Below are positions 40,421-49,049 of a stretch of DNA of 64,000 nucleotides, in pieces. This stretch comes from Candidatus Omnitrophota bacterium (GTDB taxonomy: Bacteria; Omnitrophota; Gorgyraeia; 2-01-FULL-45-10), in contig JAPLME010000006.1 in NCBI GenBank assembly GCA_026387175.1, positions 172,078 to 236,077 on the forward strand. Reading direction: 5' to 3'. The notes beneath the pieces were generated by a model that saw only the letters and a program-made list of their open reading frames with translations, was not told where the DNA came from and searched no databases. Both the position numbers and the translations under genes were made by a program. The number at the start of each line of letters is the position of its first letter. The stretch's first letter is position 1.

Positions 40421-41759
40421 CTGATGCGCCTATCTTGCCGGTGGAAATGGCCGCTATAATGGCCGCGCCGTAACCCGAACCGTCTTTAGTCAACGTAATC
40501 TTTATCTTTCCGGATGAGCGTCCGGACAGCTCCCCGATAACTTCTTTTATCTTCTCGGAGAATCCGGGAAGCTTTTCATATACACTGCCGTCTATAGCGA
40601 TGGTATGTTTCCTTATCACATGCGGATCTATCTTAGTAACTACCGCAACTATTGCCGCGGCGCTGATACGCGCGGCCCTTGTAGAGATAAGCTCGCAGGC
40701 CCTTCTCACGACCTTTAAGTCTTCGAAGGACGGATCTTTAACACCCAATCTTCGCAGCAGAACTTTGGTATCGGCCAAATCGGAAGTTCTGTCTGCCAGA
40801 ACCTGCGACACAAATTCTCCCTTGAGTAACATCTTTTTATTAAACCCGGCCGGGGCCGCGCCTTCAAACAAGATCTTTTTAGATATGAGGCCCTTTATTA
40901 TAAGCCTGCACACTTCACCCAGATACATCCCGGAGACCATCTTCTCCAGCATCTGCGCGCGGGGGTTATCCGATTCTTTATCTAATTGCTCATCATAGCG
41001 CGTTGCTTTCAGTTTATTAAAATTACCCCACTCAATATTGATTATCATGGTGCCCGAATTTCGGCATCCGCCTCCCAGCTTCTTTATCTTATGGAGGGCT
41101 TCGACATAGCAGGCATTTGTGCCCGTTCCTATTATGACGCCGACATCGCAATCTCTGTCACTGTAGCTCCTGGCCACAAGCGTGCCCACAGTGTCGTTGG
41201 TAAGCGCCCTTACCGATATATTGCCGATGCCCTCTTCCTCAAAAGACTTTTTAAGCAGCGCCACGACATCGCGGCCTTCGACTCCGCTTGCGCCGAAACC
41301 TTTGGTCCATGTGACAAGCGTACCACTGTCTATACCGGTCTGCCTAACCGGAAAAGAAAATGTAAATCCAAGATCTATATGCTGTAACGGGCTGATCCTG
41401 TTTTCTTCAATAAATTTTTTAACCGACCTTGCGAGGAACCCGAAGAGTTTTTTCCCAGTGGAGGTTATATCTTTATTTCTAAGCTTAAATTTCATTACAT
41501 GATGGCCGGAGGAAATACCGCGGCCTTTAAGCGTCAAGCTCACGATTCTGAAGTTCGTGCCGCCGAGATCCAGGGCGATGTATTTACCTTTTTCTTTACC
41601 GGTGGGTTTATCGGCGTAAGTGGGGATCATCTTCAGGGAACTGAAGCGCTCTGATAGGCCTTTATCCATTTCGAGATGAAAATCCTTGATCATATCTCTC
41701 ATCTCTTCCCCGGATAACTCAAAATCTTTCTCGAGGATCTTTATCGCGCTTAAGCTCAT
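40410..41759 (-). CDS. Hexokinase-family sugar kinase (eukaryotic-type, PF00349/PF03727)
   Basis: Phosphate-1 motif LDLGGTNFR, sugar-binding motifs, a C-terminal IDGS...GSGYGAAIIAA and an adenosine motif. Confidence 0.75.
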   Translation of the reverse strand: MSLSAIKILEKDFELSGEEMRDMIKDFHLEMDKGLSERFSSLKMIPTYADKPTGKEKGKYIALDLGGTNFRIVSLTLKGRGISSGHHVMKFKLRNKDITSTGKKLFGFLARSVKKFIEENRISPLQHIDLGFTFSFPVRQTGIDSGTLVTWTKGFGASGVEGRDVVALLKKSFEEEGIGNISVRALTNDTVGTLVARSYSDRDCDVGVIIGTGTNACYVEALHKIKKLGGGCRNSGTMIINIEWGNFNKLKATRYDEQLDKESDNPRAQMLEKMVSGMYLGEVCRLIIKGLISKKILFEGAAPAGFNKKMLLKGEFVSQVLADRTSDLADTKVLLRRLGVKDPSFEDLKVVRRACELISTRAARISAAAIVAVVTKIDPHVIRKHTIAIDGSVYEKLPGFSEKIKEVIGELSGRSSGKIKITLTKDGSGYGAAIIAAISTGKIGASDEE

Positions 41760-42229
41760 CTCGATATCTTCGCTACCTTATATTTTAGAGTTCCGGCGGG
41801 CACCTTTATCTCTACTATGTCGCCTTCCTTATGGTCTAATAGGCCGCTGCCTACAGGAGAAGATACCGATATCTTGCCCTGCGAATAGTCCGCCTCTTCT
41901 TCGGCCACCAAGGTATATGTGATCTCACGGCCCGATTTGACATCCACAAGCTTCACGGTAGCTCCTACCAGTATCTGATCGGACGCCATCTGTTCCTCGT
42001 CGATTATCTGGGAGGTCGCCAGCTTGTTTTCAAGTTCCGCGATCCTTTTCTCATTCAGCCCTTGAGCCTCTTTCGCCGCGTCATATTCAGCGTTCTCGCT
42101 GATATCTCCATGGGCTCTCGCTTCGCCGATGGCTTTTGAAAGCGCCCGGCGCTTTACCGTCTTAAGATGCTCCAGCTCTTTGCTTAATTTTTCGTAACCT
42201 GCTTTTGTAAGGTGCGAACCGGATCCCAT
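41756..42229 (-). CDS. greA: Transcription elongation factor GreA
   Basis: 157 aa with a coiled-coil N-terminal domain carrying the acidic tip (DISENAEYD) and a C-terminal FKBP-like domain. Confidence 0.9.
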   Translation of the reverse strand: MGSGSHLTKAGYEKLSKELEHLKTVKRRALSKAIGEARAHGDISENAEYDAAKEAQGLNEKRIAELENKLATSQIIDEEQMASDQILVGATVKLVDVKSGREITYTLVAEEEADYSQGKISVSSPVGSGLLDHKEGDIVEIKVPAGTLKYKVAKISR

Positions 42230-42248
42230 ATCACTCTTCCTCTTCTTA

Positions 42249-42905
42249 TTATGATGAACTTTTCAGAAAATTCGCCATATCGGCGGCAAGCGGCGATTCG
42301 AAAATCATCTTCCTGCCGCTGGCCGGATGAATAAATTCTATGCGTTTAGCGTGCAGCGCCGCCCTCTTGAAGCGCAATTTGTAATCTTTCCTGAACGCGT
42401 ACACCGTCTCGCCCACAAGCGGATGACCTATCGACTTCATATGTATCCGTATCTGGTTGGTCCTTCCCGTAATCGGCTGGGCTTCGATTACTGTGAAAGC
42501 GTTCCGTTTTTCCAGGACCGTATATTTCGTTACAGCGTCTTCGGCCCTGCCCTTATTCCTATTATAGATACAACTTGTTATAGTATCAAACCTTTTTTTC
42601 ACTATGCCGTTAACGAAAGCGATATATACCTTCTTCACGGATCTTTTGCGGAATTCTTCCATCACGGCCTGCTGGATGGCCTTGCCTTTCGCGTAGATGA
42701 TGAGCCCGGAGGTCTCTCTGTCGAGCCTGTGGCACGGATAAGCATTCACCTTAATACCGCGCTCATCCAGTTCTTGATTTATCAGGTCCGTAAGCGTATT
42801 GGTCTCTTTCTTTGGGGTGGGGATTACGAGCATTCCGGAAGGCTTATCGATAACCATTAGCTGGTCATCCTCATAAACTATTCTGTATCGCTTCGCTTGG
42901 GCCAT
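42249..42905 (-). CDS. RluA-family pseudouridine synthase
   Basis: Catalytic motif HRLDRETSGL and an RluA core. Confidence 0.85.
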   Translation of the reverse strand: MAQAKRYRIVYEDDQLMVIDKPSGMLVIPTPKKETNTLTDLINQELDERGIKVNAYPCHRLDRETSGLIIYAKGKAIQQAVMEEFRKRSVKKVYIAFVNGIVKKRFDTITSCIYNRNKGRAEDAVTKYTVLEKRNAFTVIEAQPITGRTNQIRIHMKSIGHPLVGETVYAFRKDYKLRFKRAALHAKRIEFIHPASGRKMIFESPLAADMANFLKSSS

Positions 42906-42996
42906 ATAGCATATATTATACCATATTTATTATCCAATTATAATATGGTGAAAACATCCTTCGCTCCCCAGGAGATTTTTCGGCCAGCTTAGTAGT

Positions 42997-43158
42997 CCCT
43001 TGCGGGGTGGGTGTTGAGCGGGGCGTCGAAAGTCGCGAGCGGGCACGGATTTTTGGCCCTGGTATTCCTGTATGCCAAAAAGAGCGAGCGATCTTTCCGA
43101 GCGAAATTTCCTCGCAGGGGAAATTTTGCGTCCCCGCGATGCACCCACCCCGCAAGGG
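42997..43158. repeat. Intergenic structured element closed by a perfect 17-bp inverted repeat (CCCTTGCGGGGTGGGTG / CACCCACCCCGCAAGGG), extended by GCGGGG/CCCCGC and with internal hairpins
   Basis: Read directly: 42997..43013 is the reverse complement of 43142..43158. Inner palindromic segments are tcgcga and gcgaaatttcctcgc. The element lies in a 290-bp gap between the MFS stop and the rluA-family start. Confidence 0.6.
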
Positions 43159-43194
43159 ACAGACTATGAAGGCCGAAAAACGACAGGACTCGAA

Positions 43195-44361
43195 TTAGAG
43201 TAATATGAGGAATGCAACTGATGAGATGACCGCCATGGCGGCGCCGTAGATGAAGGGCGCGGATGAACCGATATGTGTCCATAGGAGGCCGGCTATGAGG
43301 CTGGCGAAGAACGCGGCAAATCCTGTAATGCAGTAATAGAGCCCTATTGCGGTGCCCATTACCTCTTTGCCGACAACATCTGCTACGAAAGCCTTACTGA
43401 TACCGTCCGTCATGGCTATGTAGAAACCATATATAAAGAATAGCGGCCAGATCGTAACCTTGGTAACGTATGCGCCGAACCCTGTATAGACAAACGCAAA
43501 TATCAGATAACCGGCCACCATCACCGTCTTCCTAGAAAGACGGTCTGAAATGACCCCCGCGGGAAGCGAGAGCGCCGAGTATGAGATATTATAAACCACA
43601 TACGCGAGAATTATAACGCCCGTGGTCAGCCCGATATCTTTGGCGCGCATTATCAGAAAGGCGTCGCTCGAATTTCCTATGGCGAATATGGTAGATATAA
43701 AAATAAATTTCCAGAATGTCGGGGAGAATTTCCTGATATTTATCTTCAAAGGGATACCTTCACCATGCGCTGAATGAGGGCCCTCCTTAAGCCAGAATAT
43801 CAATATGCCCACGCCGGCGAGAGCCGGCACAAGAGCTATCAGAAAAATCGATCTCAGGTCATCTTTGCAAACATAGAGAAGCCAGAACGCGAGCAGGGGG
43901 CCGAGACACGCACCGATGGTATCCATGGCGCGATGAAACCCGAAGACCTTGCCTCTGTATTTGGCTTCGCAGGAGTCCGCTATCATCGCATCTCTCGGCG
44001 AAGTACGAACCCCCTTGCCTATGCGGTCCACTACTCTCGCCAGAAAGATAAAAGGCCATGAATATGCCAAAAAGAACAGTAATTTCCCCAGCGCCGATAG
44101 AGAATATCCCCATATAACAAACGGCTTCCTCTTTTCAAAGAGGTCCGAAATGTAGCCGGAGAACGCTTTCAACACACTTGCCACGGCTTCCGCGGCGCCC
44201 TCGATCAGGCCCAGTATCGACATCGGCGCGCCTAGAACTGAAGTGAGGAATATCGGGATTATCGGATATAACATCTCGCTTGAGATATCTGTGAGCAGGC
44301 TTGTTACGCTGAGGACAACTACATTTTTCTTTATGCCGGTGAAAGCGCGTGCAGGTTTCAT
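43195..44361 (-). CDS. MFS transporter
   Basis: 388 aa with 12 TM helices and MFS loop motifs (DRIGKGVRTSPRDAMIAD). Confidence 0.8.
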   Translation of the reverse strand: MKPARAFTGIKKNVVVLSVTSLLTDISSEMLYPIIPIFLTSVLGAPMSILGLIEGAAEAVASVLKAFSGYISDLFEKRKPFVIWGYSLSALGKLLFFLAYSWPFIFLARVVDRIGKGVRTSPRDAMIADSCEAKYRGKVFGFHRAMDTIGACLGPLLAFWLLYVCKDDLRSIFLIALVPALAGVGILIFWLKEGPHSAHGEGIPLKINIRKFSPTFWKFIFISTIFAIGNSSDAFLIMRAKDIGLTTGVIILAYVVYNISYSALSLPAGVISDRLSRKTVMVAGYLIFAFVYTGFGAYVTKVTIWPLFFIYGFYIAMTDGISKAFVADVVGKEVMGTAIGLYYCITGFAAFFASLIAGLLWTHIGSSAPFIYGAAMAVISSVAFLILL

Positions 44362-45386
44362 TTTATATGTTTGGTCTTGTAAGTATTCACTCTTACGTCA
44401 TATTCGTCTTCTATCTCGCCGATGATCTCCTCTACGAGATCTTCTAGAGTGACTATGCCTTGGACCTTGTCCTGGCTGTCGACTACAATGGCTATATGCG
44501 TATGTCCTTTTTGAAACTCTTTTAAGAGCTCGACGACCTTCTTCGATTCGTTGACGATCGTGGGGGGATATACTATATCCTGAAGAACAACAAGATCCTT
44601 GTTAGACGAGAGCATCAGCAGGTCTTTCATATTGATTATGCCGGATATATTATCCGGGCTGCCGCTGTAGACCGGTATCCTTGAGTAGCCCGACTCGAGG
44701 ACCTTGTTCAATATATCATCGATATTAGAGCTTGCGCTGATCGAAAATATATCTTTCTTCGGCGTCATCACATTCTTGACCACGGCTTCATGAAGAGCAA
44801 AAACTTTCGTGATCATGCTGTACTTCTCTTTTTGCAGGCTTCCCTCTTCCTGGCCTATCTTTATCATAGCCCTTATCTCTTCATCCGTAACCAGGGACGC
44901 CTTAGAAAGCGTTTTAGCTCTTATGGCCTTTAATATAGCATTTATGATCACCTCGAAGCCGATAACAAGCGGTGAGAATATTCTTATCAATAGCCGCATG
45001 GGCCGGGCGAAAAATAGCGACATTCTTTCGGAATAATTAGCCGCTATAGTCTTCGCGGTAACTTCGAATACTATTATAAGAAACGCGACTACGGCCGTAG
45101 AGACCACTATTTCCCATCCGCCCTCACCCATGAAACGTATCACTATGGCGGTCATAAGCACCGCTATCAGTGTACCAACGACACTGCTTGACACCAGAAT
45201 CGTGCTGAAGAAACGTTCCGGGGTCTCCAGTATCTTCAGAATGATCGCGGCGCGTCTTGAGCCTTCCGATGCCAGCCGTCTAAGCCTAAGGCGGCTCATA
45301 GATATTATAGAAATCTCTAATGCGGACGTAACAGCGGTCAGTATAAGCAGAAAAAGTATTATTATACTTTGCAGGAGTGCTTTCAT
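44358..45386 (-). CDS. CNNM/CorB-type protein (DUF21 TM domain plus CBS pair), a putative Mg2+/Co2+ efflux or homeostasis factor. It lacks the CorC C-terminal domain.
   Basis: N-terminal four-TM DUF21 domain followed by a tandem CBS pair. Confidence 0.75.
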   Translation of the reverse strand: MKALLQSIIILFLLILTAVTSALEISIISMSRLRLRRLASEGSRRAAIILKILETPERFFSTILVSSSVVGTLIAVLMTAIVIRFMGEGGWEIVVSTAVVAFLIIVFEVTAKTIAANYSERMSLFFARPMRLLIRIFSPLVIGFEVIINAILKAIRAKTLSKASLVTDEEIRAMIKIGQEEGSLQKEKYSMITKVFALHEAVVKNVMTPKKDIFSISASSNIDDILNKVLESGYSRIPVYSGSPDNISGIINMKDLLMLSSNKDLVVLQDIVYPPTIVNESKKVVELLKEFQKGHTHIAIVVDSQDKVQGIVTLEDLVEEIIGEIEDEYDVRVNTYKTKHIK

Positions 45387-45407
45387 AGTTATCAGTGTCC
45401 CTGCGCC

Positions 45408-46001
45408 TTACATGGCGGGCTTCACTATCCCTCCTGAAATAATAAGTTTCACGCCGTCTTCGACGGATATATTCAGCTCCGTTACGTCTTCTCTGGGCGC
45501 CAGTATGAGAAAACCCGTCAACGGACTCGGCGTGGTGGCTATAAATACATGCAGCAGATCGCGCCCGGTCTTATCATTGGCCTCCTTAAAACTCTCATTC
45601 GTTATAAAACCTACCGACCAGATCCCTTTCGACGGATACTGCACCAATACCACTTTTTTAAACGCCGGACTGTCCTTCGAGATGAAAGAGTCTACTATCT
45701 GCTTTGCCGCGGGGTAAATGTTGCGAATGAACGGAAACTTCAAGAACCAGCTTTCGAGCGCGCGTATTATCCTTTTGCCGAAGAAGTTGGCCGCGGTAAA
45801 GCCCACGGCGAAGACTATCAGGATGCTTATTATGATACCTACTCCGGGTATGGCGAAGCCCAGATACTGTTTTATGTAAAAATTAACCACCTTACCGAAT
45901 ATTCCGTCTATAAAACGGAAGATTATGAAAAGGAAATAGAGCGTGATGAATACCGGCAATGTTATCAGAAACCCTGTCGCGAGATAATGCCTTATCCTCA
46001 T
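45408..46001 (-). CDS. DUF502-family membrane protein
   Basis: 197 aa with two N-terminal TM helices and conserved FxxxPxxxxIY and GFI(T)NE motifs. Confidence 0.65.
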   Translation of the reverse strand: MRIRHYLATGFLITLPVFITLYFLFIIFRFIDGIFGKVVNFYIKQYLGFAIPGVGIIISILIVFAVGFTAANFFGKRIIRALESWFLKFPFIRNIYPAAKQIVDSFISKDSPAFKKVVLVQYPSKGIWSVGFITNESFKEANDKTGRDLLHVFIATTPSPLTGFLILAPREDVTELNISVEDGVKLIISGGIVKPAM

Positions 46002-46014
46002 AATGACCTTTCTT

Positions 46015-47289
46015 TTATTTAAATAATTTAACCAATGGAGATACTATCATCGGGATCAGAAGCAAAGCGGTAAGCGTTATAAGTATTACGGTAGTTCCCC
46101 ACCCAATCACGTTTTGAAACTTATTGTTCGTGTATTCACCCATCAGCCTCTTATTATTTACCATGAGTATCATGGATATAAGCACCACCGGCAATAACAT
46201 CGCGTTTAATACCTGCGACCATATTGTGATAGCTATAAGCGGCGCGTTGGGCATCAATATGATCAGGCATGAGATCACTATGATAAAAGCGAAAAGAGTA
46301 TAGAATTGCGGTGCTTCCTTCAGGCTCTTATTTATGCCTGCTTCGAAACCGAATGCTTCGCAGACATAGAATGCGGTAGCGAGCGGAAGGATGGTCGCCG
46401 AAAAGACCGACGCCACAAAGAGCCCGAACGCGAATAACTCCGAAGCGAACGCCCCGGCAAAAGGTTTAAGCGAAATAGCGGCGTCCTTTGCCTCATTTAT
46501 CACCACGCCGTTCACATGCAGCGTGGCGGCGCAAGCGACTATTATAAAAAATGCCACAACCACAGTGGCGGTACAGCCTATTATGACATCCCATACGACA
46601 AATTTGTATTCCTCTATCTTGAGGCCTTTCTCCATGACGGCGGACTGCATATAAAATTGCATCCATGGAGCTATCGTCGTGCCTATCACGCCCAGTACCA
46701 GACTTAAATATTCCTTATTGAAGCTTACGGTGGGCCTCGCAAAGCTTGTGGCTATCTGCCCCCAATTCGGCTTAGCAAGAACGGCGGATATGATATATGA
46801 TAAGAGGCAGAAACTGAAGAATAAAAATATTCTTTCGGATATCTTATAATTTCCCTTAACTACAAGTATCCACACTCCTATCGCGACTAAAGGAACGGAG
46901 ATATATTTGCTCACGCCGAATACCATCATGCTGCCTGCCACGCCGGCAAACTCCGTAGCCGTATTTCCTATATCGGCAATTATCAGGCCTACGAATATAA
47001 AAAATGTGATCTTGACCCCGAAGTTTTCTCTTATCAGGTCGGCCAGGCCCTTTCCTGTGACAATACCCATCCTGGCGTTCATCTCCTGCACGACCATCAA
47101 CGCTATGAACGACGGTATCAGTGTCCATAGAAGATTATACCCATACATGGCACCCGCAACCGAATATGTCGTTATACCGCCGGCGTCGTTATCGACACTG
47201 CCCGTTATTATGCCGGGGCCCAGTATGGCGGCGAATAGCGCCATATTTTGCCAAAAACTTCGCTTGATCAGTTTTCCGTTACCGTTCAC
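46015..47289 (-). CDS. Nramp-related transporter with a non-canonical metal site (NRMT-like)
   Basis: Nramp fold with 11 TM helices. TM1 reads GSVDNDAGG where canonical Nramp has DPGN, and TM6 reads TIAPWMQF where canonical has MPH. Confidence 0.75.
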   Translation of the reverse strand: MNGNGKLIKRSFWQNMALFAAILGPGIITGSVDNDAGGITTYSVAGAMYGYNLLWTLIPSFIALMVVQEMNARMGIVTGKGLADLIRENFGVKITFFIFVGLIIADIGNTATEFAGVAGSMMVFGVSKYISVPLVAIGVWILVVKGNYKISERIFLFFSFCLLSYIISAVLAKPNWGQIATSFARPTVSFNKEYLSLVLGVIGTTIAPWMQFYMQSAVMEKGLKIEEYKFVVWDVIIGCTATVVVAFFIIVACAATLHVNGVVINEAKDAAISLKPFAGAFASELFAFGLFVASVFSATILPLATAFYVCEAFGFEAGINKSLKEAPQFYTLFAFIIVISCLIILMPNAPLIAITIWSQVLNAMLLPVVLISMILMVNNKRLMGEYTNNKFQNVIGWGTTVILITLTALLLIPMIVSPLVKLFK

Positions 47290-47290
47290 T

Positions 47291-48619
47291 TCATAACCCT
47301 TTTGGTTTGGCAGGCCGTTTTCGCCATGCTATAGATATGACCTGGCTCAATATATCATCGATCGTAATAATGCCGTGCATAATCTTATTTTCATCTATCA
47401 CAGGTATAGCCGATACCTTGTACTTGTCCATAAAATACGCTATCTCTTTTGCGCTGTTATTCAGATATACATGGAGAGTCTGCTGAAAAGCCGTTTTCGA
47501 GATTTGATCCTTTGGGTCGGCAAATAAGAGCCTTCTGATAGTTGTGACGCCTTTCAAGTGGTTCTTCTCGTCTACAATATATATGTACGGCACCGTATCG
47601 TAATCTTTTGTATTCACCCTTATGTGTTCAATGGCGCTCTCGACCGGCGTAGTCTCCGGAAGAGATACAAATTCTGTCGTCATCAGGCCGCCCGCAGAAT
47701 CGCCGGAATAACCCAATAGGGTCGAGAGTTTCTTGGCGCGCGACGATTCGACTAGAGGCAATAGATTATTCACAATCCTGGGAGACAACCGCTCCAACAT
47801 ATCCGTAGCCTCATCGGTGGACATATTGCTCACTATCTGGGCCGCTTCTTTTTTATCGAGTTCTTTAAGCATGATATTCTGCTCTTCAAATTCAAGATTT
47901 TCAAATATCTTCGCCTTGGTCCTGACATCGAGCATTCTGAAAAGCGCCATCCTCTGGTTCGGGTTAAGGTCGAATATTATATCTCCGAGATCGACCGCCG
48001 GTATAGAGAGGATCTGCTTTTCCGACACGGACAGCTTCATGGTCATGCTGGCGGGATTTATCGATACCGGCTGCACGTATTTCCAGGAGATCAAGTCTGT
48101 CTCCTTAAGATATCTGGAGTTTTTATTCGCCAGTTTCACAAAAAAATCTATAAGCCTGTCCCAACCCAGCCTTCTAAATAACCCCCTAACACCTATATCG
48201 ACATGCGCTATTACCAGATCATGCTCAACCTTCAGGAGGTGAATATCATTGACGCGGCGCACCTTATGGTTAAACGTATCGACCACTTGCTGGTCCAGAA
48301 TATCGCGCTTTAACAGGAACTCGTAATCTTTTATCTCCGGCGAGAATTTCACATCATCTTTTTTTACGCTGAGCGTTATCTCTTTCGCCACCGATCCTAT
48401 ATTTGCCCATGGTATGCACCCATAGAGCCGGTTCACCGTACCTCTATATACTATAAGCTCTTCGGCTTTAGGGTAGATCTCCCCAATCTTTGAGCTGATG
48501 TCCCACACTCTGCCTATGTATGAGCCGTCAAATGCCGTGACATCCTTTTTCAGAAGGTCTGAAAAATTCACGAACATCTCCGCGGCCCGTATCTTCGCTT
48601 CGTTCAGGTCATTTATCAT
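47291..48619 (-). CDS. Soluble MgtE-N-domain plus CBS-pair protein, with an extra ~200-aa N-terminal domain and no transmembrane pore domain
   Basis: MgtE_N helical domain (…LFRMLDVRTKAKIFENL…EAAQIVSNMSTDEATDML) and a tandem CBS pair. The protein ends at ...AWRKRPAKPKGL with no TM helices. Its stop lies 2 nt from the Nramp-like start. Confidence 0.7.
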   Translation of the reverse strand: MINDLNEAKIRAAEMFVNFSDLLKKDVTAFDGSYIGRVWDISSKIGEIYPKAEELIVYRGTVNRLYGCIPWANIGSVAKEITLSVKKDDVKFSPEIKDYEFLLKRDILDQQVVDTFNHKVRRVNDIHLLKVEHDLVIAHVDIGVRGLFRRLGWDRLIDFFVKLANKNSRYLKETDLISWKYVQPVSINPASMTMKLSVSEKQILSIPAVDLGDIIFDLNPNQRMALFRMLDVRTKAKIFENLEFEEQNIMLKELDKKEAAQIVSNMSTDEATDMLERLSPRIVNNLLPLVESSRAKKLSTLLGYSGDSAGGLMTTEFVSLPETTPVESAIEHIRVNTKDYDTVPYIYIVDEKNHLKGVTTIRRLLFADPKDQISKTAFQQTLHVYLNNSAKEIAYFMDKYKVSAIPVIDENKIMHGIITIDDILSQVISIAWRKRPAKPKGL

Positions 48620-48626
48620 ATATTAC

Positions 48627-49049
48627 CTAATTCTTGACTGCCGCTACACTGACTTTCTGTATATTCAGCTCATTTATCACATCAAGCGCCTTTACCACAT
48701 TATTGAACCTGGCAGAACCGTCCACCTTCAAAACAACGCCAATGCTGTTATTCTCTTTCAATTTTGCCTCAAGAGCCGATTTAATATCGGAATCTTTAAC
48801 CTTATCTTCATTTATAAAATAATCACCATCTTTAGTGATAGTGAGCATGACCTTTTCGAATCCCTCCAGCGCTACTGCGGTGGATGCTTTCGGCAGTTTC
48901 ACCTCTATTTTCGACATCTTTACGGGATTGAACGTGTAGATCAGGCTGAAGGAGATAAAGAAAAAGATGAACATATTCATAACAATGTCCGTCATCGCGA
49001 CGGACTCGAGCGCTACAAGATAATCTTTTTTGCCTTTTATCGCGATCAT
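48627..49049 (-). CDS. exbD: ExbD/TolR-family protein
   Basis: 140 aa with a single N-terminal TM helix and a periplasmic ExbD fold. Confidence 0.8.
   Translation of the reverse strand: MIAIKGKKDYLVALESVAMTDIVMNMFIFFFISFSLIYTFNPVKMSKIEVKLPKASTAVALEGFEKVMLTITKDGDYFINEDKVKDSDIKSALEAKLKENNSIGVVLKVDGSARFNNVVKALDVINELNIQKVSVAAVKN

Noticed and set aside
42997-43158. The inverted-repeat element read as a transposon or IS with terminal inverted repeats.
   Set aside because: There is no transposase or any coding capacity between the 17-bp repeats, and I can see no target-site duplication. A non-autonomous MITE remains possible (see finding) but cannot be called.
42916-43282. Small ORFs (60-97 aa) on both strands inside the 290-bp rluA/MFS intergenic region.
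   Set aside because: They are composed of the GC-rich inverted-repeat element. Their translations are Arg/Gly/Pro-rich with no start context, so they are better explained as a structured DNA/RNA element.
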